From contig NC_058132.1 of assembly GCF_016433145.1 (NCBI RefSeq), positions 166,026,044 through 166,090,043 of the forward strand: a stretch of DNA of 64,000 bases. Reading direction: 5' to 3'. The DNA comes from Gracilinanus agilis (lineage: Eukaryota). The notes beneath the pieces were generated by a model, which was not told the DNA's origin, searched no databases, and worked only from the letters and a program-made list of their open reading frames with translations. This document shows positions 1 through 11,930 of the stretch, one piece after another. How positions within the stretch are numbered: position 1 is the first letter of the stretch; each line of letters opens with the position of its first letter. Made by a program: the position numbers and the translations under genes.

Positions 1-1106
1 CAAACAAAAACAATGTAGTGAAAATCAGAAGGGAAACAACAAATTGGGAAAAAATCTTTATAACGAAAAACTCTGACAGGGGTCTAATTACTCAAATATA
101 CAAGGAGTTAAACCAATTGTATAAAACATCAAGCCATCCCCCAATTGATAAATGGGCAAGAGACATGAATAGGCAATTTTCAGGTAAAGAAATCAAAAGT
201 ATCAATAAGCACATGAGAAAGTGTTCCAAATCTCTAATAATTAGGGAAATGCAAATCAAAACAACTCTGAGGTATCACCTCACACCTAGCAGATTGGCTA
301 AAATGAAAGAAGGGGAGAGTAATGAATGTTGGAGGGGATGTGGCAAAATTGGGACATTAATGCATTGCTGGTAGAGCTGTGAACTGATCCAACCATTCTG
401 GCTGGCAATTTGGAATCATGCTCAAAGGGCTATAAAAGAATGCCTACCCTTTGATCCAGCCATACCATTGCTGGGTTTGTACCCCAGAGAGATCATAGAT
501 AAACAGAATTGTACGAAAATATTTATAGCTGCGCTTTTGGTGGTGGCAACAAATTGGAAAATGAGGGGATGTCCTTCAATTGGGGAATGGCTGAACAAAC
601 TGTGGTATATGCGGGTGATGGAATACTATTGTGCTAAAAGGAATAATAAACTGGAGGAGTTCCAGGCGAACTGGAGAGACCTCCGGGAACAGATGCAGAG
701 CGAAAGGAGCAGAGCCAGAAGAAAATTGTACACAGAGACTGATATACTGTGGTAAAATCGAATGTAATGGACCTCTGTACCAACAGCAATGCAATGACAC
801 ANNNNNNNNNNNNNNNNNNNNNNNNNNNNNNNNNNNNNNNNNNNNNNNNNNNNNNNNNNNNNNNNNNNNNNNNNNNNNNNNNNNNNNNNNNNNNNNNNNN
901 NATGATTGAGTGTGTGGACTCAAAACTACCACACCAATGCAACCACCAACAATTTGGAAATTGGTCTTGATCAAGGACACATGACAAAACTAGTGGAAAT
1001 GTGCATCGGCCATGGGTGGGGGGAGTGTGGGGGGCGAAGGGGAAAGGAGGAGCATGAATCATGTAACCATGTTAAAAATGAATATTAATAAATGTTTGAA
1101 AAAAAA
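1..1106 (+). mobile_element. Young L1 3' end (ORF2 C-terminus, 3'UTR, short poly(A)); 5' part lies outside the window
   Basis: ORFs 18..374 and 468..755 encode L1 ORF2p C-terminal motifs (ECWRGCGKIGTLMHCW, GEWLNKLWY, MEYY). G-rich 3'UTR at ~1010-1050 and A tract at 1099-1106. Nearly the same sequence as the L1s at 34490-35590 and 48697-50884. Confidence 0.95.
802..901. other. Assembly gap (100 N)
   Basis: Exactly 100 N in the sequence, inside the L1 3' region. Confidence 1.
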
Positions 1107-1270
1107 GATTATTACAAAGATGATTAATATGGAAACGTGTATTGAGTGATAATACCTGTATAACCCAGTGGAATTTCCTGTCGGCTCTGGGAGGCGGGGA
1201 GGAGGAAAAGGGAAGGAAGGTACATGAATTATGTAACCATGGAAAAATACTTAAATAAAAATTTAGAAAA
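1107..1270 (+). mobile_element. Older L1 3'UTR fragment directly after the young L1 tail
   Basis: Contains ataacccagtggaatt...ggaggaaaagggaagg...catgaattatgtaaccatggaaaaatac, resembling the L1 3' terminus seen elsewhere in the window. Confidence 0.6.
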
Positions 1271-2474
1271 AGATATTGTTTCTAACTACTTAAAAAAGAA
1301 AGCCATTATCTCCATAATCCAAAATAGATTGATTTTTAAAGGATACATGTGGAACAAAGTATTTTTTTAAAAAGGATTTTTAGATGAGGAAGCCTGGATA
1401 TTTTAATAAATACAGAAAACCTCAATTTAAGTAAATCATTTATCTTCCTGATGACCTCCATATGGAAAAGGAATAAAAATGTAGATTAAATGATAATACA
1501 ATTAGGCATGTCCAGACTTAGTTAATATTTATTTAAGTATTGTTAATGGATTTTTGATTGTAAGACTTTAGTGAAGTTCTCTAGATAGTTGTTTTTGGCT
1601 ACATTTTGTTTAAGATTTTATAATGATTGAGATAAAAGCATAGATATGATTCTTATGAAATAGAAAGTTGACATAAGGCTGGGCTGCATAATTGATAGGA
1701 AATATGACAAAGTTTGCATCTAAAATTATCTTGACAGACTGAAACAGCAAGCAAAATCTAATAAAATGAATTTTATGTATACTTTTATTCATTTTTTTAA
1801 TGGAAGGAAGAACTCCACTTATTGACAAGTATTACAGTGTACTTATACTTTACTGTGTACTTCTTTTTCTAAAAATAAAATTTGTTGATGTTCTTAAATC
1901 ACCATAGTTATCTCTAATAATACTATCTAATAATCTCTAATAATACTATCACAGTATTCTTTCCCCTATTTCTCCAAGAAACCCATTTTATATGATAAAT
2001 AAATAAAATAAAAATAAAAATTTTTAGAATGGAAAAAATTTCATCCTAAGTAGACTGACACAATAAAAAGTCCAAAACCATCTCCTTGAAGAGGGTAGGT
2101 CAGGGAAATAATTTTTGATTGTGGCACAGTCTAATCATGAGCACTTAATATTCTTCAGCTACTTAGCTTATTCTCTATTTCTTTAAAGGGCTCTTTGTAA
2201 TTGAACCTATGCAAGTCTTTTGTGTGTTTTGGGAGATGAGATCCACATTTTTTGTATTTATTTAGAAAGGGATTTCCCTTTGTATTATTGTTTCTTTTTA
2301 CTTTGTTATTGTTTTGTACATATGCTGTTTTATGTTGGTCGCTGCAACTTTGCTGAAGCTTTAAATTTTCAGTTAGTTGTCTGCTGATTTCCTAAGATGT
2401 TCCAAGTAAACTTTCATATTGTTGACTTATAGGAATTGTTTTATCTCCTCTCACCTATCATTTGTCTTTTAATT

Positions 2475-2735
2475 GGCACAGTTAGATGGTGCAGTGGACA
2501 GAGTGCCTGGCCTGGAGTCAGGGAGACATCTTCCTGAGTTCAAATCTGGTGTCAGACACTTGTTAACTGTGTGATCCTGGGAAAGTCACTTACAGTTTTC
2601 CTTAGTTTCCTCATCTATAAAATGAGGTAGAGAAGAAACTGGCATACCACTACTACAGTATCTTTGCCAAGAAAAACCCATATAAGGTTACAAAAAGAAG
2701 GACATAATTGAAAAAAAACAAGTGAAAACAACAAA
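2475..2735 (+). mobile_element. MAR1/MIR-type CORE-SINE
   Basis: tRNA-like head (ggcacagttagatggtgcagtggacagag...gagttcaaatc), CORE segment (agtttcctcatctataaaatgagg) and MAR1-like tail (agtatctttgccaagaaaaaccc). Confidence 0.8.
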
Positions 2736-2859
2736 ATCCTTATAAGTAAGAAATAATTGTGTTTTCCTATGTAACTGGAGTTTATTATTTAGAGTTAAGA
2801 TATTTATGATGAACTAGGCTAAAATGTTTTCCTCTTTCAAAATTATTCTTGCTTTCTCA

Positions 2860-3185
2860 AATTATCTGTGAGCACTTGTCCCCTATACCTAGAATGTACT
2901 CCCTCTTTATCGCTATATCTTTTAATTATTAGTTTCCTTTGAAGTTTTACCACTCCCTTCATAATATTCTTGGTCTCTTCTTTTGCCAGTGCTACCCCTT
3001 GAAAACACTTTTTAAAATATACATTTTGTATTTACTTAACTATATGTACATTATTTTCTCCAAGTAGATTGTCAGCTCCTTGAGGGCTGAGATTGTTTTC
3101 CTGTTTGTCTTCAAATATCCACTAACCTACCTAGTATAATATATGATACATAGTAGGTATTTAATAAACACTTGTTGTTGAATAT
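2860..3185 (+). mobile_element. L2 3' end (ancient)
   Basis: Typical L2 terminus: agattgtcagctccttgagggc...acatagtaggtatttaataaacacttgttgttgaat. Confidence 0.65.
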
Positions 3186-4078
3186 GTTTACATTTTATTT
3201 ATATTTGCATTTAAGTTATATTCTTTCTGGTAGAGAATAAACTTCTTAGGTAAGGCACTTTTCATCTCTGTATTTCTAGCCTCATAACACTATATTTTGC
3301 ATTTTCAAAGGGAGCAGAACTGTGATTTCATTAACAGAGGGAACTCTGAGGAAGAAACTCCCTCTACCAAAGGAAATAGATGCCTGATTTGAAACTTATT
3401 GGTTTGTAAAATTATCTGAGGACATTGAAGATTAGGTGAATTGTTCAAGGTCAAATAGCTAGAAAATCTCAGAAGTAGTCTTGAATCCAAGTCTTCCTGT
3501 TTACAAGGATAACTAGGTCAATTATGACACAATTCCTCTCACTTTGTTCTGGTATAAGCATAATAATGCACTCTTATTTATTTCAAATCAATTAAATTAA
3601 GTTGGGTCTTTAAGATGGTGTTTCTCAGGATTAGACCTAACTCTGGAGTTATCTTTCTGAATCTCTATCCCAAACCACATGATTGGATAAAGTGGGATTA
3701 CAGCTACACTTTCCTTATTCCTCCAAGGAATTTTGGTAAACGATTGGGAAATTAAATGATATGTCAAAGCAAAGGGAGCAAAGTGTTTACTTGCAAAATC
3801 TTCCCCACAGAGATGGATCCCTGATCAGGCCAGACACTGGGGATGGGGGGGTGGAGCCTTAGTCTGGGTTGTTCCTAATAAATTCCTTGAAATCTTCATA
3901 TGGATACTAAAACTGCCACATTACATCAATGAGCACCTCTGTTATACCTAAAAAGTTATGGTTTATCTGTTGCATCTGTGGAAGATTTCATATATGAAGC
4001 CATAATAAGAATTAATCAACTTTACCTTCACACTCTTTAGATTGTTTTTAATTGATATCAGTGTTTTCATCCATTTAG

Positions 4079-4150
4079 CAGGAAGCTTGAGATGATCACC
4101 AATGACAAAGTGGATGAAAAATAAATAAAATACGGTACTGGATGGTGAGT
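4079..4150 (+). promoter_or_regulatory. Candidate upstream 5' exon of the first OR, with splice donor
   Basis: Pyrimidine-rich acceptor ...ttttcatccatttag|cag (tandem NAGNAG at 4076-4081) and strong donor ATG|GTGAGT at 4144/4145, about 1.4 kb upstream of the OR acceptor. Predicted from motifs only. Confidence 0.4.
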
Positions 4151-4963
4151 GTCTCACATGGTTGTCATGATCTGTTCTTTAAAACTCCTATGCATGGTAT
4201 TTTAGAGTTGTAAACTATCACTTTTCTATCCTGTTCAGTCCATTTGTAATGAAAATTAGACTAATTTGAGCCTGGTAAAGCCTTTAATCTAAGAATTAAT
4301 AATGTACAAATATAATAGAAATTACAGTAGCTCCAGTTTCTTAGCATAATAAAATCTATAAATAGCCAACAGCTATTTCAATGAGATATTGGAAAACTAC
4401 AAAACCCCTCTGAGATAACTCTCCAACTATTCAGAAAGAAAACTCCAGAGTTAGTTAGTTTTATTTCTGTGTCAGAAATAAAAAGGGGCTTTAGTTTCTA
4501 CAATGCCAGAATTTAATCTCCATTTCTAGTCAATTCAGGAATTTGCTAGGTGACTTTGTACACTTTAAACTTCAAACACATGAACAGAAGCTTGATAAAT
4601 AAAAGAGAATGTAAAATAAGGTTGGCGATTTCTCCCTCATTTTTTTCTTTTAAAATGTTATTTGTTGTTCTATAAGTCTTTAGAAAAAAGATAAGGGGGA
4701 AACAAAGAAGGGAGAAAGTTTTTATTTTGTTTATGTATTTCAATTGTATCTTACTATTTCTGACCTCATTTGGAATTTTCAATGATACCAGAAATGTTTT
4801 TGTCATTTATGTCTTCAGCTCATTTTACAGATAAGGAAACTGAGGCAAACAGAATAAATAACTTGCCTACACTCACACAGCAAATAAGTATTGGCTCAGA
4901 AATTAGATCTTCCTTGTTTTAGGGTTGGTGCTCTATTTATTGCTTTAAATAACTACTCCCATC

Positions 4964-5147
4964 TTTTTTTTTTAACCCTTAACTTCTGTGTATTGGCTCC
5001 TAGGTGGAAGAGTGGTAAGGATGGGCAATGGGGGTCAAGTGACTTGCCCAGGGTCACACAGCTGGGAAGTGTCAGAGGCCGGATTTGAACCTAGGACCTC
5101 CCATCTCTAGGCCTAACTCTCAATCCACTGAGCTACACAGCTGCCTC
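4964..5147 (-). mobile_element. Young opossum-type tRNA-derived SINE (SINE1_Mdo/SINE-1_MD-like)
   Basis: Reverse complement of the head (cagctgtgtagctcagtggattgagagt...ggttcaaatccggcc) with poly(T) at 4964-4973. Same family as the copies at 30125, 54356 and 61605. Confidence 0.9.
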
Positions 5148-5489
5148 CTAGCCCCATCTTTCTAGCCTTCTTCAGGGGAAACTATGATGCTGCAGCCAAA
5201 AAAAAACCAACACTATAAAATTTATTTTTTAAAAGTTCTGGGAGGATCTCACAATTTCTAAAGTCCCTTTCCCTGAGTGATACATTCTCTAACTTAATAC
5301 CAAAATTTTCATTCTTTTGCTTAAAAAAAGTCAGAAATAGTATGTTCTTGGATTTAACTGGACTATATGACTGTGAAATAGTAAGAGGTATCCTGGAGGA
5401 CAGATACAAAAGCAAAATGAAAGTCCTAATTAATGAGTTTCTTCAATTTTGTGAATTGCCTCTGGCTGCAGGTAATCATGAACATATTC

Positions 5490-5519
5490 TTAATGACTTT
5501 TTTATTCCCATCTCCACAG
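5490..5519 (+). promoter_or_regulatory. Splice acceptor of the first OR coding exon
   Basis: ttaat branch-like motif, pyrimidine tract and ccacag| ending at 5519, 14 nt before the ATG. Same layout in all four ORs. Confidence 0.75.
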
Positions 5520-5533
5520 ATGCCATCCAGGCC

Positions 5534-6469
5534 ATGGAAACAGGAAATTACTCCACCGTGACTGACTTTATCCTCGCAGGATTAACAGATCAGCCAGAAC
5601 TTAAGTTCCTCCTTTTCTTCTTATTCCTGTGCATCTATGTGACCACTGTCGTAGGAAATTTAGGCATGATCACACTGATTGCGTTCAGTTCCCACCTTCA
5701 CACCCCCATGTACTATTTACTCAGTTGTTTGTCCTTCATTGATCTTTGCCATTCCACTGTCATCACTCCCAAAATGCTTGTTAACTTTATGTCAAAGAAG
5801 AACATGATCTCCTACAATGAGTGCATGACTCAACTCTATTTCTTTATCATTTTTATTGTTTCTGAGTGTCATTTGTTAACAGTGATGGCATATGACCGTT
5901 ATGTCGCTATTTGTAGCCCTTTGTTATATAATGTCATTATGTCCTATCAGGTCTGCTCATGGCTGTTGGGTGGAGTGAGCATAATAGGCTTTCTTGCTGC
6001 TACTGCTCAGACAGGGTGCATACTCAGATCATTTTTCTGCAAGGACAACATCATCAATCATTATTTCTGTGATCTCAATCCCCTCTTAGAGCTTTCCTGC
6101 TATAGTACCTACACCTGTGAAGTGGTCATTCTATTCTTTGGTGTAATTAACATAATTTTCCCAATTCTGACCATCCTTAGTTCTTATTTCTTCATCATTG
6201 CCAGCATCCTCCGTATCCAATCGACAGAGGGAAGATTTAAAGCCTTCAGTACCTGCAGTTCCCACATAATTGTTGTTTCCATCTTCTATGGCTCTGCAGC
6301 ATTCATGTACCTGCAACCCTCCTCGGTTAGTTCTATGGACCAGGGAAAAGTTTCCTCTGTGTTTTATACCATCCTTGTGCCCATGCTGAACCCTCTGATC
6401 TATAGCCTGAGGAACAAAGATGTCAAAGTTGCACTAATCAAAATCCTGGAGAGAAAAAAATTCTGGTGA
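5534..6469 (+). CDS. Olfactory receptor, class II, family 8 (OR8B/OR8G-like), 311 aa, intact
   Basis: N-glycosylation sequon NYS and OR motifs [58 protein letters not shown] in GCCATGG context at 5534. The 64 extra N-terminal codons in the ORF track are intron. Confidence 0.95.
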   Translation: METGNYSTVTDFILAGLTDQPELKFLLFFLFLCIYVTTVVGNLGMITLIAFSSHLHTPMYYLLSCLSFIDLCHSTVITPKMLVNFMSKKNMISYNECMTQLYFFIIFIVSECHLLTVMAYDRYVAICSPLLYNVIMSYQVCSWLLGGVSIIGFLAATAQTGCILRSFFCKDNIINHYFCDLNPLLELSCYSTYTCEVVILFFGVINIIFPILTILSSYFFIIASILRIQSTEGRFKAFSTCSSHIIVVSIFYGSAAFMYLQPSSVSSMDQGKVSSVFYTILVPMLNPLIYSLRNKDVKVALIKILERKKFW

Positions 6470-8249
6470 AGAAAAGAAAAGTGAGAGTGACAGTGTTAGA
6501 GATTGGAAGATGCAATGTTAATTATTGGAAAATTGGGACCCACTAACATATCCATTGTGGGCATAGTCACTTTTCTATTATTTTTCTCTTTTCCTTGGCT
6601 TCTGTGTCTTTTTATCCACATTGGCCTGCATTTCTGAGAAGTAATGATAATGATTGATTCTACTTAGAAATAGTATCTATATCTTGTGCATTGGGTCTGA
6701 TCTGTTGTTAATATTTTTACAATCCAATTATTGAGTAGGTGTAAGGGTACCCTACTCAATAAAAATAATTTTGTAATTCTACTTTATCAAGTCTAGATTT
6801 ATGATTATTTCCAGGTTAAAGGTTGATTTGGTTTGGGTTCCAAATTCTGTCTTTCATACCCTATTAACCTGGAATTTCACCTTGTTGTATTCTTCAGCAG
6901 GAATCACTAGGAAATCTTAAAAATATTTTTGATCCTCTAGCCACCCAACCCTACTAAAGGTACTTGTGCCCCAGCAATAGGCATTGAGACTATTGGTCAT
7001 TCAGTCTGTCAACTGCTGTATTCTTCAGGGCTTGGCAAAATCTTAAGGTTCACAGCAATTCAGTTGTACCTTTGTTTACTCTTCATGTTTTTGCTTTGAT
7101 CAGAATCAAGAAAAATCCAAATAATTGCTGATAAGTCCTATTATGTTAACTTTTACTGTAAGTTTATTAAAATTAAATAAGTTGAAGAGGATCAGGTTAT
7201 AAAGAAATAAATACACTATGGAATGTAGAAAAGAGAACCATCATATAGCTTCACCAATTGTTTCCAGTTTTATAAAGGGCACCACACACATGCACATACA
7301 CACACATGTGTGTGTGCACATACCATGTCAGTTACCAGACTACTATCTCAATAAGGAGGAGAATACTGGAAGATCTATTCTCAGGCAAATATAACATGAA
7401 TCTAGTTTGATTTAGCCCCTAAAATTATTAAATATGGCTACATGACTATATGAAATCTGAAGAGAAAGGAAATATAATTCAGAGGAAAGTGTGATGAGAT
7501 TAGAGTTAAAGTACTTGGATTGAAATCCCAGAACTTTTTCCTCTGAATTTTATTGCTTCTCTGTTCAGATTTTATAAAATAGGAGAGCCATAATTAGTAA
7601 TTTTAGGAGCTACATCAAATTAGATTCATATTACATGTGTCTGAGAATAGATCCTCCACTATAACTATGGACAAGTCATTTGAACTCTGATCCTATTTCC
7701 TCATCTGTAAAATCAGATAAATGACATTTAAGTTCCATCCCAACTCCAAATCAGAATCTCTGTTGTTGTTTTCCCTGAGTGACACACAAAGGGAATTATT
7801 GAAATGAGCAGTCAAACCTCTGAAATAGTCAAAACTTAGTTTATACTAATGGGGAAACATTTTACAGAATCAAAGAAAGCATTTTTGCTGTACTCATGGG
7901 ATAAAGAGGTAATAGCATTCTTTAAAAGTGATAGGAAGAAAGATGTCCATAAATTCCATTGTTCTGTTTTTTTGGAACTACTTGTTACCAGCAAACAATG
8001 ACACAAAGAACAAAAAAGAATCCTACCAAAAAGCAAAGTTTCAAAAATGTTCTTTGAATGTCTTACAAAAATTCCTAATATAAAGCAAGAGTTTTAAAAA
8101 AGAGCAAAAAAATCTTCAAAAACCAAATGAGAACAAGAAATGGCAAAAGAAATGAGAACTAGAGAAGAAAGAGATAAAAAGAAAATTAACAAACATTTCA
8201 ACAAAACCTTACTTAAGAAAATAATTTCTTGAAAATTAGAATAAAATTC

Positions 8250-8490
8250 AAAGTCTCAAAAAAGAATAAAACAAAGATGAAAAACAGAATAAAATGTGAA
8301 GTATATCATAAGAAAAATAAATTATTTGGAAAGCAAATCTAGATACAATTTAAAAATTATGAGATTACTTGAATGTCCTGAATAAAAATTAGTCTAGACA
8401 CCACATTTCAAGAAATAATAGAAGAAAACTCACCATATCTCTTAGAATCAGAAGGAAAAATAAAATTTGAAAGAATGCACTGGTCACCTC
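8250..8490 (+). mobile_element. Old L1 ORF1 fragment
   Basis: Degenerate match to the ORF1 RRM-encoding region (caagaaataatagaagaaaac...aaaatttgaaagaatgcactggtcacctcctg). Confidence 0.6.
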
Positions 8491-9199
8491 CTGAAAAAAA
8501 AATTCAAACTTTAGAATTAATAGAACTAATATGTGGAGCTATCAGATAAAGGACAGTAAAAGAACAATTTAGAAGAGTGATGTGTTTGGGAGTGGTGGAA
8601 AAGAATAAGTTTTTTCTTTGACATATTTAATTTAAGATATCTAAGAAATTATGATCACATAAAGGAATTTTGGAGTTAATAAACAATGAAGTGGAGCACT
8701 TGTAGGTAGAAATATCTATATGATGGCTCCATATGTATCTGAGGTGGAATGGAGGAATAGGTGATCACAATTTCTTAAATTGAAGGTTTTATTAATTGGG
8801 GAAGTATAGATAGTGAAGTCTTCTACATTCATGGCAGGATCTCTGATAATCAATAAAAGTCATCAGGATGTGGATTTGTCCATACATTTGGGTAGTGAAT
8901 CTAGAGGAATGAGTGAAATTTTAGATTTACCAAAATCAAAAAGAGATAAATAAAGGTCCCTTTTATTAAAATTTGATTGTTCACTTTTCCTTACAACCAA
9001 TTTTTTGATGTTATGCCACTTGGTATATATATATTACAAAAATTTGCCAAATATACATATATGCTTTGTTGATACTAATTCATTGCCTATGGTACCTTTC
9101 AGCAAAATGCAGAAATTGGCTTTGACACAGACATTCTTTATTTTAAGACCAGTACTCTATTTGTAACACCACATTGTCAAATTTATATGAATATTAACT

Positions 9200-9955
9200 A
9201 TTCCCAATTAATAAATGGTCAAAAATATAGAAAGTTTTTAGATGAAGAAATCAAAGATATAGTTCGTATGAAAAATGCTTTGAATCATTATTGATTAGAG
9301 AAATGCAAATCAAAATAATTGAAATGTCATTTCACAACTATCAAGTTAACTAAAATGAAAAAAGGGCAAAATGACAAATGCTAGAGGGAATGTGGAAAAA
9401 TGGGGAAACTAATAGACTATTGGTGGAACTGTGAACTGATATTTTGGAGAGTAATCTGTAATGATGTCCAAAAAGTTACAAAACTCTATATTAGGTCTGT
9501 TTTCTAAGGTGATTGGGGAAAAGGGAAAACATTCCAAAATATTTATAGCAGTTCTCTTTGTTATGGCAAAGTCCTGGAATTTGATAGGATACTCATCAAC
9601 TGGGGAATGGCTAAGCAATTTGTGGAATATTACTATGATGGAGTACTACTGCCCCATAATAAATGATGAGCAGACCGATTTAATTTTACAAATGGAAAGA
9701 CCTACATGAATTTATGAAGAGAGAAATGAGCAGAACCAAGAGACCATAATGTACAGTAATAGAAAAATTGTTTGATGAATAACTTGGCCACCTCCAGGAA
9801 AGAACTGATAGATAGAAATAAGTAAGACAGTTTTATATGTACTTATATATTTGTCAAATTATGCCTTCTCTAGTTCATGGACAGATGGGATGGAAGGACA
9901 GAGAGAGATACCTTGAAATTTTAATGTTATGAACAATTTTTAAAAAGTAAAAAAT
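9200..9955 (+). mobile_element. Old L1 3' end (ORF2 C-terminus plus 3'UTR)
   Basis: ORF 9461..9709 retains GEWLSNLWNITMMEYY. Flanks are collinear with the younger L1 3' ends. Confidence 0.8.
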
Positions 9956-10895
9956 TATACTTTCTAATCCTCAAAATGAAATATAACTGTTTGATACATT
10001 GTTTGTTCTATTATTTCATGGTAGTTTGTTAGTATTATCTCCCCAATTCAAAAGCAAACTACTTCTAGACTAAGTTTTATAATTCCACCACTTTAACACA
10101 TTGGTGAGCACAACCTAGTATGAATAAATACTTCCAGATTCATTACTTGGTGATGATAAACTGGTGAGTAGGGAAGATAAAATGCACCCACATTGAAGTT
10201 ATTTTATACTGAGGAGCAAAAGATTATTTCTCTAGATTCTCATTTAACTTTTCCAATTTTTCTGCACGTTTTCTCTCTGTATTCCTGCCTACATTTGAGT
10301 TAGATATTACTTGTTCACATACTTAGAAAGTTGATTTCATGTTTTCTTGGAATATCACCTTTCAAAGGTCTTATTTTCTATATAATTTAATTGAATTTTA
10401 TATTAATTCATAAATATTGGGTGATTTAACTATTGTAAAGATAACAATGCTAAATTTTACTCTATCAACTTGTTAAGGCTAGAAATTCCAAAGCAGTTAC
10501 TAATCTTTGTTAGATTTTTCCACATTGGGAGCCTCCTTTACCTAAGAAATTGCAGGTCTAATTTTTAAAAAAACCTAACATAACCATCTCATGAGCACGC
10601 CAGAATTATTTTTCCTTTTCATTATTTCAAAATTTCCAGATGTGTTGCACTTCTAAGAAAGTTTGCCAGAAACTCACATACTTGTGACCTATTTATATAT
10701 CTTGAGTACTCAAGAAAAGATGAAAAGAGGAGTATTCTATAAAGCAGCTGAATAAGTAAGCAAAGCATGATTAGAAGTCATTGATTAAGATGAATTGGGA
10801 CAAGAATATGATCTAGAAGACAAATTATCTTTTCCAGGATAAGTCTGTATTGTAGATGAACTAAAACCCTAGAGAGGTATACACCAGTGTGTTCA

Positions 10896-11028
10896 TAATA
10901 AGGTCCTTGGAAACTATGCATTAAAAATAAAATCCTAATGTCTCATGAACCAACAGTTCCAGTGAGATTGAGAGATGATATTTTCTTTCCTGCACAAACA
11001 AAGAACCCTTGGGATAAACTAATAATGA
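10896..11028 (+). promoter_or_regulatory. Candidate OR promoter/enhancer motifs (homeodomain TAAT plus O/E-like sites) upstream of the second OR
   Basis: TAATAAGGTCCTTGGA at 10896-10911. CCCTTGGGA at 11006-11014 followed by TAATGA at 11023-11028. HD plus O/E (EBF) pairs are the established OR promoter signature. The 11006 site may derive from a decayed MIR. Confidence 0.35.
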
Positions 11029-11892
11029 AAACATCATCTTATCATCTTTCAGAACTCCTAGGGCAACTGAGAAATTAAAATACATGCTTACATCGCTACA
11101 GAAGGAAAAGGAACAAAAAGATCCATACTGCAGATGATCACACTTGACTTCTTGACAAAGTGCATAGATTTCTTCAATGGAGACCCAACAGTGGAGGGTG
11201 TGTGCCTCAATTCAATTGTCTTAATCGTTTATATAAAAATCAATCATTGTGGGGGCCTCTCTGAAACCTGATTTTCTCATTTTCTTTGGTTTATTGCTAG
11301 CCCTGAGCATTATGGAGAATGCCTCTGAGTAGAAGACATCTAGAAATGTCTAAAAGTGTTTGGAATGCTAATGGCTTTAATCCCTTAGTGCCTTGGATAA
11401 CTGCTTCAATATGAGAAGAATAGGAGAATAGGAGAAGAATAGAAGAATGTGAACAGGAGCTGAAGAGATAAGGGCCTTAGAAAGTGACTTAATGGAATAC
11501 CTGGAAGTTATCCTCTTCCATAACTCCTGAGCATTCATTTTTGTCAACAGAATCAGTCTATACCAGTAACAAATTCCTCGCTAGTACAGGATGAGGAAAA
11601 GTTGGGCATAGTTCATTTCTGACTGTTGCATTTTGATGAACTATCATTCCAATATTAATTCTTAGACAAAGTAATAATAAGAATAAAAATAAGGTTAAGA
11701 TGATGACTAAGGCAAAGACTAAAACCTAATAGTAATTAAGACTTTGACATGTCTTATCATGCCAAACATCAATGAGATCAACAACAATGAGAACAAGTAC
11801 TACATAATCAAAAAGTTTGGGATTTAGAGGGACCCATTCGATGGAAAAATTTCCTTGGTGTACTGGGGAGAAGGGGGTATATGGAGATCTAC

Positions 11893-11921
11893 TCTAATGG
11901 ACTGCTTTCCCTTTCCTACAG
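11893..11921 (+). promoter_or_regulatory. Splice acceptor of the second OR coding exon
   Basis: CTAAT branch motif at 11893-11897, tract gctttccctttcct and acag| ending at 11921. Confidence 0.8.
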
Positions 11922-11930
11922 GTCCACCAC

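Noticed and set aside
1010-1050. G-rich tracts with G-quadruplex potential (also ~35503-35540 and ~48755-48790)
   Set aside because: This is a known standard feature of L1 3'UTRs.
1911-1950. 17 bp tandem duplication tctctaataatactatc
   Set aside because: A simple slippage duplication in degraded repeat sequence.
5342-5533. 64-aa N-terminal extension of OR1 in the ORF track
   Set aside because: It runs through the branch point, pyrimidine tract and acceptor. The internal CAG|GTAATC at 5471 would give only a 48 nt intron. It is intron read-through.
7298-7315. 18 bp perfect palindrome acacacacatgtgtgtgt
   Set aside because: It is a junction of (CA)n and (TG)n microsatellites, which is common and needs no special explanation.
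8500-8960. Possible reverse-strand LINE (L2/CR1) endonuclease remnant
   Set aside because: Too degenerate to assign by eye. It needs a Dfam search.
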